The notes under the pieces: model-generated
What the model was told of the DNA's origin: nothing
The model's input: the letters and a program-made list of their open reading frames with translations, nothing else
Database searches by the model: none
Part shown: in pieces, positions 43,081 to 51,977 of the stretch
Layout of the letters: every line of letters starts with the position of its first letter
How positions within the stretch are numbered: the stretch's first letter is position 1
Translations under genes and position numbers: made by a program
Assembly: GCA_030648515.1 (NCBI GenBank)
Contig: JAUSHK010000004.1
Coordinates: 1-54,985 of the forward strand
DNA length: 54,985 nucleotides
Source of the DNA: Candidatus Jorgensenbacteria bacterium
GTDB taxonomy: Bacteria > Patescibacteriota > Minisyncoccia > UBA6257 > GWB1-50-10
Reading direction: 5' to 3'

Positions 43081-44399
43081 CGTGATGATGTTACAAGATA
43101 ACGAATTGTTTTGAGGGCAATGAGAAGATCAAGAAAAATGGACCGATTCTTTATATAGTAAATATCGTAGCGGAGTTTTTCGTACGCTTCCTCAAGCGAT
43201 GCGCTTGGCCGGTAGTTAATCTGTGCCCAGCCGGTAAGACCAGGTTTTATGATGTGCCGCATCTCGTAGTGGGGGAGTTCTTCGTACTGTTTTGCAAGTT
43301 CCACCCGCTCAGGGCGCGGTCCGGCAACCGAGATGTCGCCGCGGATAATGTTGATGAGCTGCGGAATTTCATCAAGGTGCGTAAAGCGGGTAAATCTTCC
43401 GAAAGCGGTGACGCGCGAATCATTCTCGGTAGTCCAGAGTGGCCCGTTATTTCCGCTTCGCATGCTTCTGAATTTATAGAGCGTGAAAAGCGCGCTGCCT
43501 TTTCCGACACGTTCCTGTTTATAGAAGATCGGTCCTGGAGAAGTCAGTTTTATTCCAACCGCGACAAGGAGCGCAAATGGCGAGAGGATGATGGCTCCCA
43601 GGATTCCGAGTACGAAGTCAAGCGCGCGCTTCAACGCATCATAGAACGGCTTCCGCGCTGTCACATTTTCAATAAACCATTCTTCATGCAGCTCAGAAAG
43701 CGGTATCTTTTCAAAAAGCATTTCATAAAAATCCGGAAAGTTCACGACGCTTACATCAAGAGGCAAAAGCTGATACAGCGCCTTTCGGTTCGCGAGGTCT
43801 TTTGTAAGATTTGGCTGGACGATAACTATATCAATTTTTCTTGCTCGCGCCATTTCAGTAATTTCTTTAAGACTTTGTTCCGACGGGCGCTCTGTCCAGT
43901 GAATAACACTGTAGCCGGTGTGGCCGTTTTCCTTGAGATATTTGACGGTTTCTATAATGAGCGGAGACGAACCAAGCACGATTACTTTGAGTGCGCCGGA
44001 TGTGAAGAGGTTTAAAAATATTATTCGGACCGCATAGAGAAGGACAAGTGAAATTACGCTAAAGATAAAAAGGTTCGTCTTCGGCGTAAGCTCAAAGAGT
44101 CCCGGGAAAAGGTAAAAGCTGATTGCAGAGATGGCGCCGCTTACTATGACGGCGGTGAATATTTTTGTGAAAAGCCGCTTGCGAGTTTGAAATGCCTGAT
44201 ATCGGTAAAGGTCGTTCAAGTAGAAAACAAAAAGCCAAAGAATGAAGATTGCGGAAAATGGGGCGGTATGAACTCCGAATTGCGCGTCAAACGCCTCAAG
44301 CCCGTACCTTATAAGGACGGTTGCCGCGAGTGAAACGTAGAGGACAATAACATCCCCCAAAAGCAAGACAAGCTTCTTTAATATTGACATTTTCCCCAT
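43077..44399 (-). CDS. Polyprenyl-phosphate glycosyl-1-phosphate transferase (WbaP/EpsL-type initiating sugar transferase)
   Basis: N-terminal TM bundle and a central Rossmann-like domain. C-terminal KRALDFVLG..., PIFYKQERVGKG, YKFRSM and DEIPQLINIIRGDISVAGPRP. Confidence 0.85.
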   Translation of the reverse strand: MGKMSILKKLVLLLGDVIVLYVSLAATVLIRYGLEAFDAQFGVHTAPFSAIFILWLFVFYLNDLYRYQAFQTRKRLFTKIFTAVIVSGAISAISFYLFPGLFELTPKTNLFIFSVISLVLLYAVRIIFLNLFTSGALKVIVLGSSPLIIETVKYLKENGHTGYSVIHWTERPSEQSLKEITEMARARKIDIVIVQPNLTKDLANRKALYQLLPLDVSVVNFPDFYEMLFEKIPLSELHEEWFIENVTARKPFYDALKRALDFVLGILGAIILSPFALLVAVGIKLTSPGPIFYKQERVGKGSALFTLYKFRSMRSGNNGPLWTTENDSRVTAFGRFTRFTHLDEIPQLINIIRGDISVAGPRPERVELAKQYEELPHYEMRHIIKPGLTGWAQINYRPSASLEEAYEKLRYDIYYIKNRSIFLDLLIALKTIRYLVTSSR

Positions 44400-44475
44400 A
44401 TCCTAGCACCAATTTTGATTTTTTGCGAGTTTTGGGGTATTGCATTTTGAAACGCGTCATTTGCCGGCGATGGGA

Positions 44476-44503
44476 TTGACTCTATGCAAGGCGAACGTAC
44501 AAT
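44476..44503 (+). promoter_or_regulatory. Sigma70-like promoter for the DsbA-like gene
   Basis: TTGACT-16 nt-TACAAT. ATG 44511 lies 7 nt after the -10. Confidence 0.5.
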
Positions 44504-44510
44504 AAAGAAT

Positions 44511-45257
44511 ATGAATGAAATTCAAGGAGGTGAAACGAAAAAGGGGGATTATTTTTTGCCAGTGAGTATTGTGGTCGCGGCGATTCTTATTTCAGGAGCT
44601 GTGTTTTATAGCGCGGGGAGTATATCTGGGCCTAATGACAAGCTTGCTGCAAATCTTGGAACGGTTGTTCAGAAAAAAACATTACCAAATGTGCCGCCGA
44701 TTGGCCCACTCGACCATCGCGAGGGTAGCGAGAATGCTCCGGTAACGCTTGTAACGTACACTGATTTCGAATGTCCCTTCTGCAAACAGTTTCACGAGAC
44801 AGCGCGCCAGGCGCTTGATGCATACGCGCCGAATGTCGCGCTTATCTATAGGAACTATCCCATTTCCGATCTCCATTCAAAAGCATCAAAGGAAGCGGAA
44901 GCGGCGGAGTGCGCAGCGGAACTTGGCAGCAATGCCGCATACTGGAAATTTGTTGACCGCCTTTTTTCCGTGACGCCGTCGAATAACGGGCTTAATCCGA
45001 TAGAGCTTCCTAAAATTGCCCAATATGCCGGCCTTGATGTCGCGGCATTCAATGACTGTCTTTCAAGCGGGAAAGAAGCGGTTAAGATTGCAACGCAAGT
45101 AAAAGACGCGGAGGATGCGGGCATTTCAGGAACGCCGTTCTCCATTGTATTTGTGCGCGGGAAAGCAGTCGAAGTAATTCCCGGCGCGCTTTCATTTGAC
45201 GATGCCCGTCCCGAAGTTTCTACGGTAAAACAGATTATTGAGGCGGCGATGAAATAA
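44511..45257 (+). CDS. Membrane-anchored DsbA-family thiol:disulfide oxidoreductase
   Basis: N-terminal TM and the DFECPFCKQF thioredoxin CxxC motif. The track start at 44484 falls in the promoter spacer. Confidence 0.8.
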   Translation: MNEIQGGETKKGDYFLPVSIVVAAILISGAVFYSAGSISGPNDKLAANLGTVVQKKTLPNVPPIGPLDHREGSENAPVTLVTYTDFECPFCKQFHETARQALDAYAPNVALIYRNYPISDLHSKASKEAEAAECAAELGSNAAYWKFVDRLFSVTPSNNGLNPIELPKIAQYAGLDVAAFNDCLSSGKEAVKIATQVKDAEDAGISGTPFSIVFVRGKAVEVIPGALSFDDARPEVSTVKQIIEAAMK

Positions 45258-45258
45258 T

Positions 45259-45432
45259 ATGAGCGCAAAACACATTACTCAGATTATTGTCGGCGCGTGG
45301 CTCATTATTTCACCGTGGATTTTTGGGTTTTCATCGCTCAATCTTCCGTTTTGGAATAATGTTATTATTGGAAGCGCCTTGATTCTCGTGGCCGTGTGGG
45401 AAAACGCATCGCAGAAAAACGATTTCGTATAA
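45259..45432 (+). CDS. Small (57 aa) two-TM membrane protein resembling SPW-repeat proteins; not in the supplied ORF track
   Basis: My translation is MSAKHITQIIVGAWLIISPWIFGFSSLNLPFWNNVIIGSALILVAVWENASQKNDFV*. The ATG lies 2 nt after the dsbA-like stop. Confidence 0.5.
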   Translation: MSAKHITQIIVGAWLIISPWIFGFSSLNLPFWNNVIIGSALILVAVWENASQKNDFV

Positions 45433-45453
45433 CGCATAAAAATTTATTTGATT

Positions 45454-46380
45454 ATGTATGAACTTGTAATTATAGGCGGTGGTCCCGCCGGTGTTACGGC
45501 CGGAATATACGCTGCGCGCAAAAAAATACGTACAGCGCTCGTGACCGACACATTTGGCGGGCAGTCGCTTGTTTCCTCCGATATTCAGAACTGGATTGGC
45601 ACCATTTCTATTTCAGGTTTTGAACTCGGAAAATCGCTTGAAAAACATCTTCGCGCCCAGGAGGGAATCGATATTATTGACGGCGACAATGTTACTGAGA
45701 TTTCCGATAATACCGCACAAAAAATTTTTACTATAAAAACAAAACAGGGGCGAACGCTTGAAACGCGCTTTCTTTTAGTCACTTCCGGCAGTAGGCGGCG
45801 CCGGCTCGGCGTGCCAGGGGAGTCGGAGCTTGATGGAAAAGGGGTCGCGTATTGTTCAATCTGCGATGCGCCTCTTTTCCGCGGCAAGGACGTTGTGGTT
45901 ATCGGGAGTGGAAATTCGGGGCTTGAGGCGGTCCGCGATCTTTTGCCGTACGCAAAAAACATTTTTATCCTTGATAAAGTAAACGGGTTGCGTGGCGACA
46001 AGACAACGCAGGAAAAAATTCTTAAAGAAAAAAACGTGCAGACGATTTTAGGCGTTGATGTTCTTGATATCTTCGGCTCCCCGATGGTTCAGGGATTGCA
46101 TTTTAAAAAAGGCGACGGCGATCCACAGGCGCTTTCTGTTGGTGGTGTATTTATTGAAATCGGGCTTATGCCAAACAGCGACATCGTAAGGAATTTTGTA
46201 AAACTTAATGAGTACGGCGCGATTATTGTTGATGCAAAAACCCAGCGCGCATCCAACCCGCGCATTTGGGCGGCTGGCGATGTTTCGGATGGTCTCTATC
46301 GGCAAAATAATATTTCAGTTGGCGACGCGGTGAAGGCGGTGCTCAATATCCACGACTCTCTGCACTCGGGTGTGGTATAA
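45454..46380 (+). CDS. trxB: Thioredoxin-reductase-like FAD/NAD(P)H disulfide oxidoreductase
   Basis: VIIGGGPAGVTAGIYAARK, redox CSIC, VVVIGSGNSGLEA and AAGDV. Confidence 0.8.
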   Translation: MYELVIIGGGPAGVTAGIYAARKKIRTALVTDTFGGQSLVSSDIQNWIGTISISGFELGKSLEKHLRAQEGIDIIDGDNVTEISDNTAQKIFTIKTKQGRTLETRFLLVTSGSRRRRLGVPGESELDGKGVAYCSICDAPLFRGKDVVVIGSGNSGLEAVRDLLPYAKNIFILDKVNGLRGDKTTQEKILKEKNVQTILGVDVLDIFGSPMVQGLHFKKGDGDPQALSVGGVFIEIGLMPNSDIVRNFVKLNEYGAIIVDAKTQRASNPRIWAAGDVSDGLYRQNNISVGDAVKAVLNIHDSLHSGVV

Positions 46381-46841
46381 TGAACGCAATGGGAGTCACG
46401 AGTAAAAATAAAAATTTTCGTAAGGACACAAAAAGGATATTGCTTATTGTCGCCGCCGTTCTTGTTGTCGCCGCCGCCGCTGTTACGATAGGCGAGTTTG
46501 CATACGAATCGTCTGGAGATTACGGTTTTCACGCGGTCTATCTTCGCACCGGCGATCTTTATTTCGGGAAACTTACCAAGCATCCGTTTGGTTTGAGCCA
46601 AGTATATCTCCTTCGGGTGAATCAAGGCCAGCAGGAAACGCCAGTCTCAATTCAGCAGTTTAAAAAAGTTTTCTGGGGACCTGAAGATTTCATCACTATA
46701 AACCCAAGTGAAGTCGTTTGGACCACAAAGCTTGATCCGAATGGGCAGTTTATGGCATTCCTGAAACAAAATCCTGATCTTACTCTTCCACAAAGCGCGC
46801 TTCCGAATTCCTCTGCGCCTGAGACAAGTACAAAAAAATAA
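46380..46841 (+). CDS. Small N-terminally membrane-anchored protein, paralog of 369..737
   Basis: TM ILLIVAAVLVVAAAAV, then AVYLRTGDLYFGKL...FWGPEDFITINPSEVVW, collinear with the 369 ORF. Confidence 0.65.
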   Translation: MNAMGVTSKNKNFRKDTKRILLIVAAVLVVAAAAVTIGEFAYESSGDYGFHAVYLRTGDLYFGKLTKHPFGLSQVYLLRVNQGQQETPVSIQQFKKVFWGPEDFITINPSEVVWTTKLDPNGQFMAFLKQNPDLTLPQSALPNSSAPETSTKK

Positions 46842-46930
46842 AAGTAGAAGCAGGTGCTGGGCAAATCATGTCTATTTATTAAGCGTGAATGCTGTCACGC
46901 AGAATCCCGTTTTGTTATGATTAATAGGTA

Positions 46931-47458
46931 ATGCGAATTTCTTATACATTCGCCGAGTCGTGTTTTGTGCGCAATGCAAATCTTACCATGCGATGCAATC
47001 CCAATAATGTGCGGGCGCCCTACCTGCGCAGGCAGGGATTTCTAACGGGACAGGCGACCATCTCTTTCATCCTTCTCATCAGTGGTGTGATTCTTCAAAT
47101 TGCGATTGCGGGTTCAGTTGTTACATATTTTTTAAGCTCCTCGCGATTCAATGATCGGCTTTTGGTCCGTTCGTTTATAGCGGCAGATGCTGGTTTTCGG
47201 GACGCCGAGGTGCATATCGCGCGCAATCTGAATTTTGTGCAGTCCGGCACAACGGCATATTCAATAACAGTTGGAAGCGACACAGCGCAAGTAACCGTTT
47301 CGCGCGCAACCGACGCAACTAATAATGTGTATGTGTACACCATTACTTCAATCGGCACCGCTCTCTCTAGGCAAAAGAAGCTTGTGGGCACGCTCCTTGC
47401 GCACCAGACAACTGGGCTTTTGGAATTTAAGTCGCTCACAGAGCAATCAGTAAACTAA
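46931..47458 (+). CDS. Membrane-anchored protein, possibly PilX/minor-pilin-like
   Basis: RRQGFLTGQATISFILLISGVILQIAIAG resembles PilX_N-type N-termini. An alternative start is ATG 46988. Confidence 0.4.
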   Translation: MRISYTFAESCFVRNANLTMRCNPNNVRAPYLRRQGFLTGQATISFILLISGVILQIAIAGSVVTYFLSSSRFNDRLLVRSFIAADAGFRDAEVHIARNLNFVQSGTTAYSITVGSDTAQVTVSRATDATNNVYVYTITSIGTALSRQKKLVGTLLAHQTTGLLEFKSLTEQSVN

Positions 47459-47463
47459 AACAC

Positions 47464-48993
47464 ATGCCAAATACCGGAGATATCATTATCCAAAAGGCGA
47501 AAGCAATTTTAGACCGTCTTACCTCGCGGCCGATTATCGGCGGACTTCTTATAAGCGATTCGCTTCTTGAGTATCTTGTGCTTGGGGTATCTCCAAAAGG
47601 AGCGTCGCTTAAAATTCCGCCGGGCGTATTCCGCGACGGGAAAATTATTGACCAGGAACAGTTTGTCGCGCTTTTGAAACAGCTTCATAGCATCATTGAC
47701 GCCGAGAATCGCGAACGGAGCATGTCAGTCATTGCTGTTCTTCCGGCTGGCACCGTTTATTCCCAAGGTCTTCAGGTCCCAAACATCGGCGCTGATAAGC
47801 TTGAAGAATCCGCGTACCTCAATCTTCGGATGATTTCTCCAATACCCGCCGACACGGCATACATGAGCTATCAGATAATAAATGAAACACCAGACAAGTT
47901 CGATCTTCTAGGCGCAATTGTAGAGCGATCATACATTGAAGAAATGCGCACGGCGCTTATCCGCGGCGGATTTTCTCCTATTGTGTTTGAATTTCCCGGG
48001 CTCGCGCTCGCGCGCGCAGTCGGCGAATATCTTCCCAAAAATAACCGCGCGTCAGTTCTTTTCCAGATTACCGGCGACGGGCTTGAGCTTTCAATCGTCC
48101 GCGGCGACGGGCTTTATTTTGATTACTTCCGTTCGTGGCACTCAATTCAAGGAGAAGAGCGGCAAATTTCGCGCGCGCTGTTTGAAAACGTGGTCGCGCA
48201 GGAGATTCAGAAAGTGCTTAACTTCGGGCTAAGCAGGTTTAAGGAAAGCATCGGGGATATTTTTCTTATCGCGCCGGGGTTTGAAGAAGAAGTTAAGGGA
48301 TTTGTAGAAACGCGTTTTGGCGTCACTGTCACTCCGCTTGTGCTTTCCGGGATTGAGCTTGCGCCGAACTGGTATGCTGTTCTAGGCGCCGCGATGCGCG
48401 GGAATATAGACAGGTCGAGCGATCGGTTTATCACCCTTTCAAATATAAGTTCAGTTGAATCGTTCCGCGAAGAGCAGATTATAAACTTTGTCGTGTTATG
48501 GAGAAATATTATCGTTTCCGTTCTCGGGATATTCCTTATTCTATTTGGCGGCATTTCGTATTTTATCGGCAGTGAAGCAAAATCGGTTCAAGGCAACCTT
48601 GCGCTCTTTAATACCGCAGGACAGAAACAGAAACTATCAAATCTTGAAAAGCTTGCCGGAGAGTTTAACGCGCTTGTAAAAACTGTTGCGGATGTCAGGG
48701 GAACTGCCGAACCGTGGGGGCTGTTTCTCTCGCGCATCATCCCGATAACGCAAGCGCATCAGGTGGGGATTGATAGGATTGACGAGCTTGGCTCGTTTAC
48801 GGGCGCAACGGTCACGCTTGGAGCGCGCACGGTTTCCTACGACTTGATTACGAATTTCAAAGCGGCGCTTTCCGCGGAGCCGGATTTTTCAAATGTTGAT
48901 TTGAGCATCTCGCGGATTACGACGCTTGAAGACGGGTCAATCGGATTTATCCTTACGTTCAATTTTGATCCGACAAAGAGTCCGAAGAGCTAG
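47464..48993 (+). CDS. PilM-like (actin-fold) domain fused through a TM helix to a PilN/PilO-like C-terminal domain (putative type IV pilus assembly protein)
   Basis: N-terminal IIGGLLISDSLLEYLVLG sits where PilM has GLDIGSSSIK.V.L. TM at VVLWRNIIVSVLGIFLILFGGISYFIG. The assignment is tentative. Confidence 0.4.
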   Translation: MPNTGDIIIQKAKAILDRLTSRPIIGGLLISDSLLEYLVLGVSPKGASLKIPPGVFRDGKIIDQEQFVALLKQLHSIIDAENRERSMSVIAVLPAGTVYSQGLQVPNIGADKLEESAYLNLRMISPIPADTAYMSYQIINETPDKFDLLGAIVERSYIEEMRTALIRGGFSPIVFEFPGLALARAVGEYLPKNNRASVLFQITGDGLELSIVRGDGLYFDYFRSWHSIQGEERQISRALFENVVAQEIQKVLNFGLSRFKESIGDIFLIAPGFEEEVKGFVETRFGVTVTPLVLSGIELAPNWYAVLGAAMRGNIDRSSDRFITLSNISSVESFREEQIINFVVLWRNIIVSVLGIFLILFGGISYFIGSEAKSVQGNLALFNTAGQKQKLSNLEKLAGEFNALVKTVADVRGTAEPWGLFLSRIIPITQAHQVGIDRIDELGSFTGATVTLGARTVSYDLITNFKAALSAEPDFSNVDLSISRITTLEDGSIGFILTFNFDPTKSPKS

Positions 48994-49607
48994 GCGCTAG
49001 CCCCTGGGAAAATTTTTCCGGCAATTTCCTCGAAGACGCCCTCGAGGATTTTTTGTTCGCTTTTTGCAATCGGGCGAAGCACGAATTCCTCCGCCTTTTT
49101 TCTCTCGCCGCCGAATTCAGGCCGGACGCCGATGCGTACCCGCCGGAAATTTTTTGTGCTGAGCGCTGTAATAATAGATGCAACGCCATTATGACCCGCG
49201 GCGCCCTGGCTGCGGCTTTCTTTCCAGCTTCCAATAGAGAGGTCCGTATCGTCATGGATAACAAGGAGCGCATCTTCGTTGAGTTTGAAATACCGCAGTG
49301 CTTCACGGACGGCGTTACCTGACTCATTCATAAACACAAGCGGCAAAATAAGCATAGCGTCTTCCGATTTTGAAAGCATAAATTGTTTTGCGGTGATTTT
49401 TTTAAACGCAGGCATTCCAAAATGCTTCCGAATGTATTGAAGCGCCTCTCCTCCGACGTTGTGATACGTGTTTTTAAATTCTTCGCCGGGGTTTCCAAGC
49501 CCGACGATAAGCAGTGGGCTTGCCCCGTTAGAAACAGACCGTCCAAAGACGGTTGTAGGCGTGTTTGTCTGGCGACGGTTTCTAATGGGGTTGTGTTCTT
49601 GTTTCAT
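48990..49607 (-). CDS. pth: Peptidyl-tRNA hydrolase
   Basis: LIVGLGNPGEEFKNTYHNVG, VIHDDTDLSIG and GHNGV. Confidence 0.9.
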   Translation of the reverse strand: MKQEHNPIRNRRQTNTPTTVFGRSVSNGASPLLIVGLGNPGEEFKNTYHNVGGEALQYIRKHFGMPAFKKITAKQFMLSKSEDAMLILPLVFMNESGNAVREALRYFKLNEDALLVIHDDTDLSIGSWKESRSQGAAGHNGVASIITALSTKNFRRVRIGVRPEFGGERKKAEEFVLRPIAKSEQKILEGVFEEIAGKIFPGASA

Positions 49608-49640
49608 CCCACCTATAATAACACAAATTTTATCCGCGCT

Positions 49641-50180
49641 ATGAAATTTTTGAAGTCATTACTTGAAACCATTGAGACCGTCGCCATTGCCGTTGCAGTT
49701 GTTTTCGTCATACGCGCGTTTATTGCCCAGCCGTTTCTTGTTTCCGGCTCAAGCATGGAGCCGGGTTTTTCAAACGGCGACTATCTTCTCGTTGATGAGC
49801 TGTCATACCGCATACGCGCTCCGGAGCGCGGCGAAGTCATCGTGTTCCGTTATCCAGGCGACCATCGTTCCTATTACATCAAGCGGATTATCGGGCTTCC
49901 AGGCGAGCGCGTGGTCCTTGTAGACGGGCGCGTGACGATATATGAAACTGACGGAGTGACAAAAGTTCTCGCGGAGCCCTATATCGCGAAGCAAAACTTT
50001 TCAGGATCAATGGATTCAACGCTCAAACCTGACCAGTATTTTATGATGGGGGATAACCGCGACTTCAGTTTTGATTCACGTGCTTGGGGGCCGCTTGATA
50101 AAGGCGACATCGCGGGCCTTGCCCGTTTCCGGCTCTGGCCGATTCAGAGGGTTATGGCATTTAGCGCGCCATCCTACTAA
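49641..50180 (+). CDS. lepB: Signal peptidase I
   Basis: SGSSMEP (Ser), YIKRIIGLPGE (Lys) and GDNRDFSFDSRAWG. ATG 49641 precedes the TM; the track start at 49383 runs antisense through pth. Confidence 0.9.
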   Translation: MKFLKSLLETIETVAIAVAVVFVIRAFIAQPFLVSGSSMEPGFSNGDYLLVDELSYRIRAPERGEVIVFRYPGDHRSYYIKRIIGLPGERVVLVDGRVTIYETDGVTKVLAEPYIAKQNFSGSMDSTLKPDQYFMMGDNRDFSFDSRAWGPLDKGDIAGLARFRLWPIQRVMAFSAPSY

Positions 50181-50221
50181 ACTGACATTAATCGCGCGAT
50201 AGCAGAGAAATCTTTTTCTTC

Positions 50222-51523
50222 ATGCCGACAAAAGAAAAACCCCAAAAGAAAAAAACCGGAGCCGCAGAGAAAAAGACGTCAATGAGAGTTGCTGGCACAG
50301 TAAGCGTTTTGCCTCCGGACGAGGCCGCGTGGAAATTTTTATGGAACGCGCAGGAAGCAACCGCAGAGCTCCATGATTATCACGTCATTGAAACCCCGTT
50401 TTTTGAGTCCGCGAACCTTGTCGTGGGAAGCATGCGCGGCGGCGATGAGGACGCGGTGTGTGTTTTGAAACCCGCGGGCGGAGGAAGCGACATCGCGCTT
50501 CGTGTTAGCCAGGAGATAGGCATCGTGCGCAGTTATTCCGAAGAACGCCTCGGGCGTTTTGCCCAGCCGCTCAAGGTTTATAGCCGAGGGACGATTTTTT
50601 CCTGTGAAAAACAGGGAAACAAATCCGCGCTCCGTGAGACGTATGAGCTTGGATTTAATATAGTTGGCGACAATGATCCGATTTACGACGGCCAGGTTAT
50701 TACGACCGCGATTTCGTACGTGAAGGCGCTTAAGTTGAAAACCGCTTCGCTTCGCGTGAATACTTTAGGGTGCAAGGCGTGCCGCGCGGTGTATCGGGAA
50801 AAATTGCGCGGGTATTACGGCGGGAAAAAATCAAAAATTTGCGATTTGTGCACTGTCTCGTTTGACCGCGGGATGTTTGAAGGGCTTGCGTGCAAATCAC
50901 CGAAGTGCGCGCCGGTGCACGAAGAGGCGCCGCTTATTCTTGATAACTTGTGCCACAACTGCAACAACCATTTTAAAGCCGTCCTCGAGCTTCTTGAGGA
51001 CAACGGCATCGCTTACGAACCGCAGCCGCGCCTTTCCCGCGCGCTGCCGTATTACACGCGGACTGTTTTTGAGCTCCGCGGGGCAGGCAATCGGCTCATT
51101 GCGCAAGGCGGCAGATACGACTATCTTTCGGAAATGCTTTTTAGCCGCACGGTGCCCGGCGTCGGCGTTTCGTTCAATGCTAAAAACATTATTGAATTGC
51201 TTGCTGAGGAAAAAATTCAGATTCGCGAGAAGAGGAGGCCGTTCGTGTTTTTTGTAGCCGTCGGCGACCAAGCAAAGAAGGCGAGCCTCCGTTTTATGAG
51301 TGAAATCCGCTCGCATGGCTTTCCTGTTGTTGAGTCAATCGGTAAAAAAGCTCTTCAGGCGCAGCTCAGAACCGCCGAGCGGTGCGGAGCGGCTGTGGCG
51401 CTTATCTTTGGTCAGCGCGAGGTTTTTGAGGGGACGATTATCATCAGGGACTTGCGTTCAGGCGCGCAAGAAACTATTATCCTTACGAAGCTTATTGACG
51501 AGGTGCGGAAGCGCTTGAAATAG
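50222..51523 (+). CDS. hisS: Histidyl-tRNA-synthetase-like class II protein with anticodon-binding domain; active-site motifs divergent
   Basis: Collinear with HisRS (LSRALPYYTRTVFE, QGGRYDYL, C-terminal HGTP-anticodon-like FVFFVAVGD...ALIFGQRE...IRDLRSG). Confidence 0.65.
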   Translation: MPTKEKPQKKKTGAAEKKTSMRVAGTVSVLPPDEAAWKFLWNAQEATAELHDYHVIETPFFESANLVVGSMRGGDEDAVCVLKPAGGGSDIALRVSQEIGIVRSYSEERLGRFAQPLKVYSRGTIFSCEKQGNKSALRETYELGFNIVGDNDPIYDGQVITTAISYVKALKLKTASLRVNTLGCKACRAVYREKLRGYYGGKKSKICDLCTVSFDRGMFEGLACKSPKCAPVHEEAPLILDNLCHNCNNHFKAVLELLEDNGIAYEPQPRLSRALPYYTRTVFELRGAGNRLIAQGGRYDYLSEMLFSRTVPGVGVSFNAKNIIELLAEEKIQIREKRRPFVFFVAVGDQAKKASLRFMSEIRSHGFPVVESIGKKALQAQLRTAERCGAAVALIFGQREVFEGTIIIRDLRSGAQETIILTKLIDEVRKRLK

Positions 51524-51537
51524 GCAGATTTAGGCTT

Positions 51538-51951
51538 ATGGATGACTGTATATTCTGTAAAATGACGCGCGGGGAAATAAAGGTGGACATTGTCCATGAA
51601 AGCAGCGGGGCGCTCGCTTTTCTTGACCAGAGCCCAATTACCCCGGGGCACACGCTTGTAATACCCAAGGTCCACGCGGCAAATATTTCCGAAGCCTCGC
51701 ATGATTCCATAGGTCCTACGTTTATTGCGGTTCAGGCGGTGGTAAAGTTGCTCAAAGCAACGCTCGCGCCTGACGGGTTTACAATCGGCGTGAACCACGG
51801 CAAAGCGGCCGGGCAGGCGATTGACCACCTGCACATACATGTTCTTCCCCGGTGGGCAGACGATCACGGGATTACTATTCATCAAGTTGTAAAAAATCCG
51901 CCGGAATCGTACGAAGCGGTTAAGGAAAAAATCATGAAAGGTCTCGAATAA
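51538..51951 (+). CDS. HIT-family (histidine triad) nucleotide hydrolase
   Basis: CIFCKM and DHLHIHVLPR. Confidence 0.9.
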   Translation: MDDCIFCKMTRGEIKVDIVHESSGALAFLDQSPITPGHTLVIPKVHAANISEASHDSIGPTFIAVQAVVKLLKATLAPDGFTIGVNHGKAAGQAIDHLHIHVLPRWADDHGITIHQVVKNPPESYEAVKEKIMKGLE

Positions 51952-51977
51952 TAAAAAGACAATCAAAATAAAAAATT

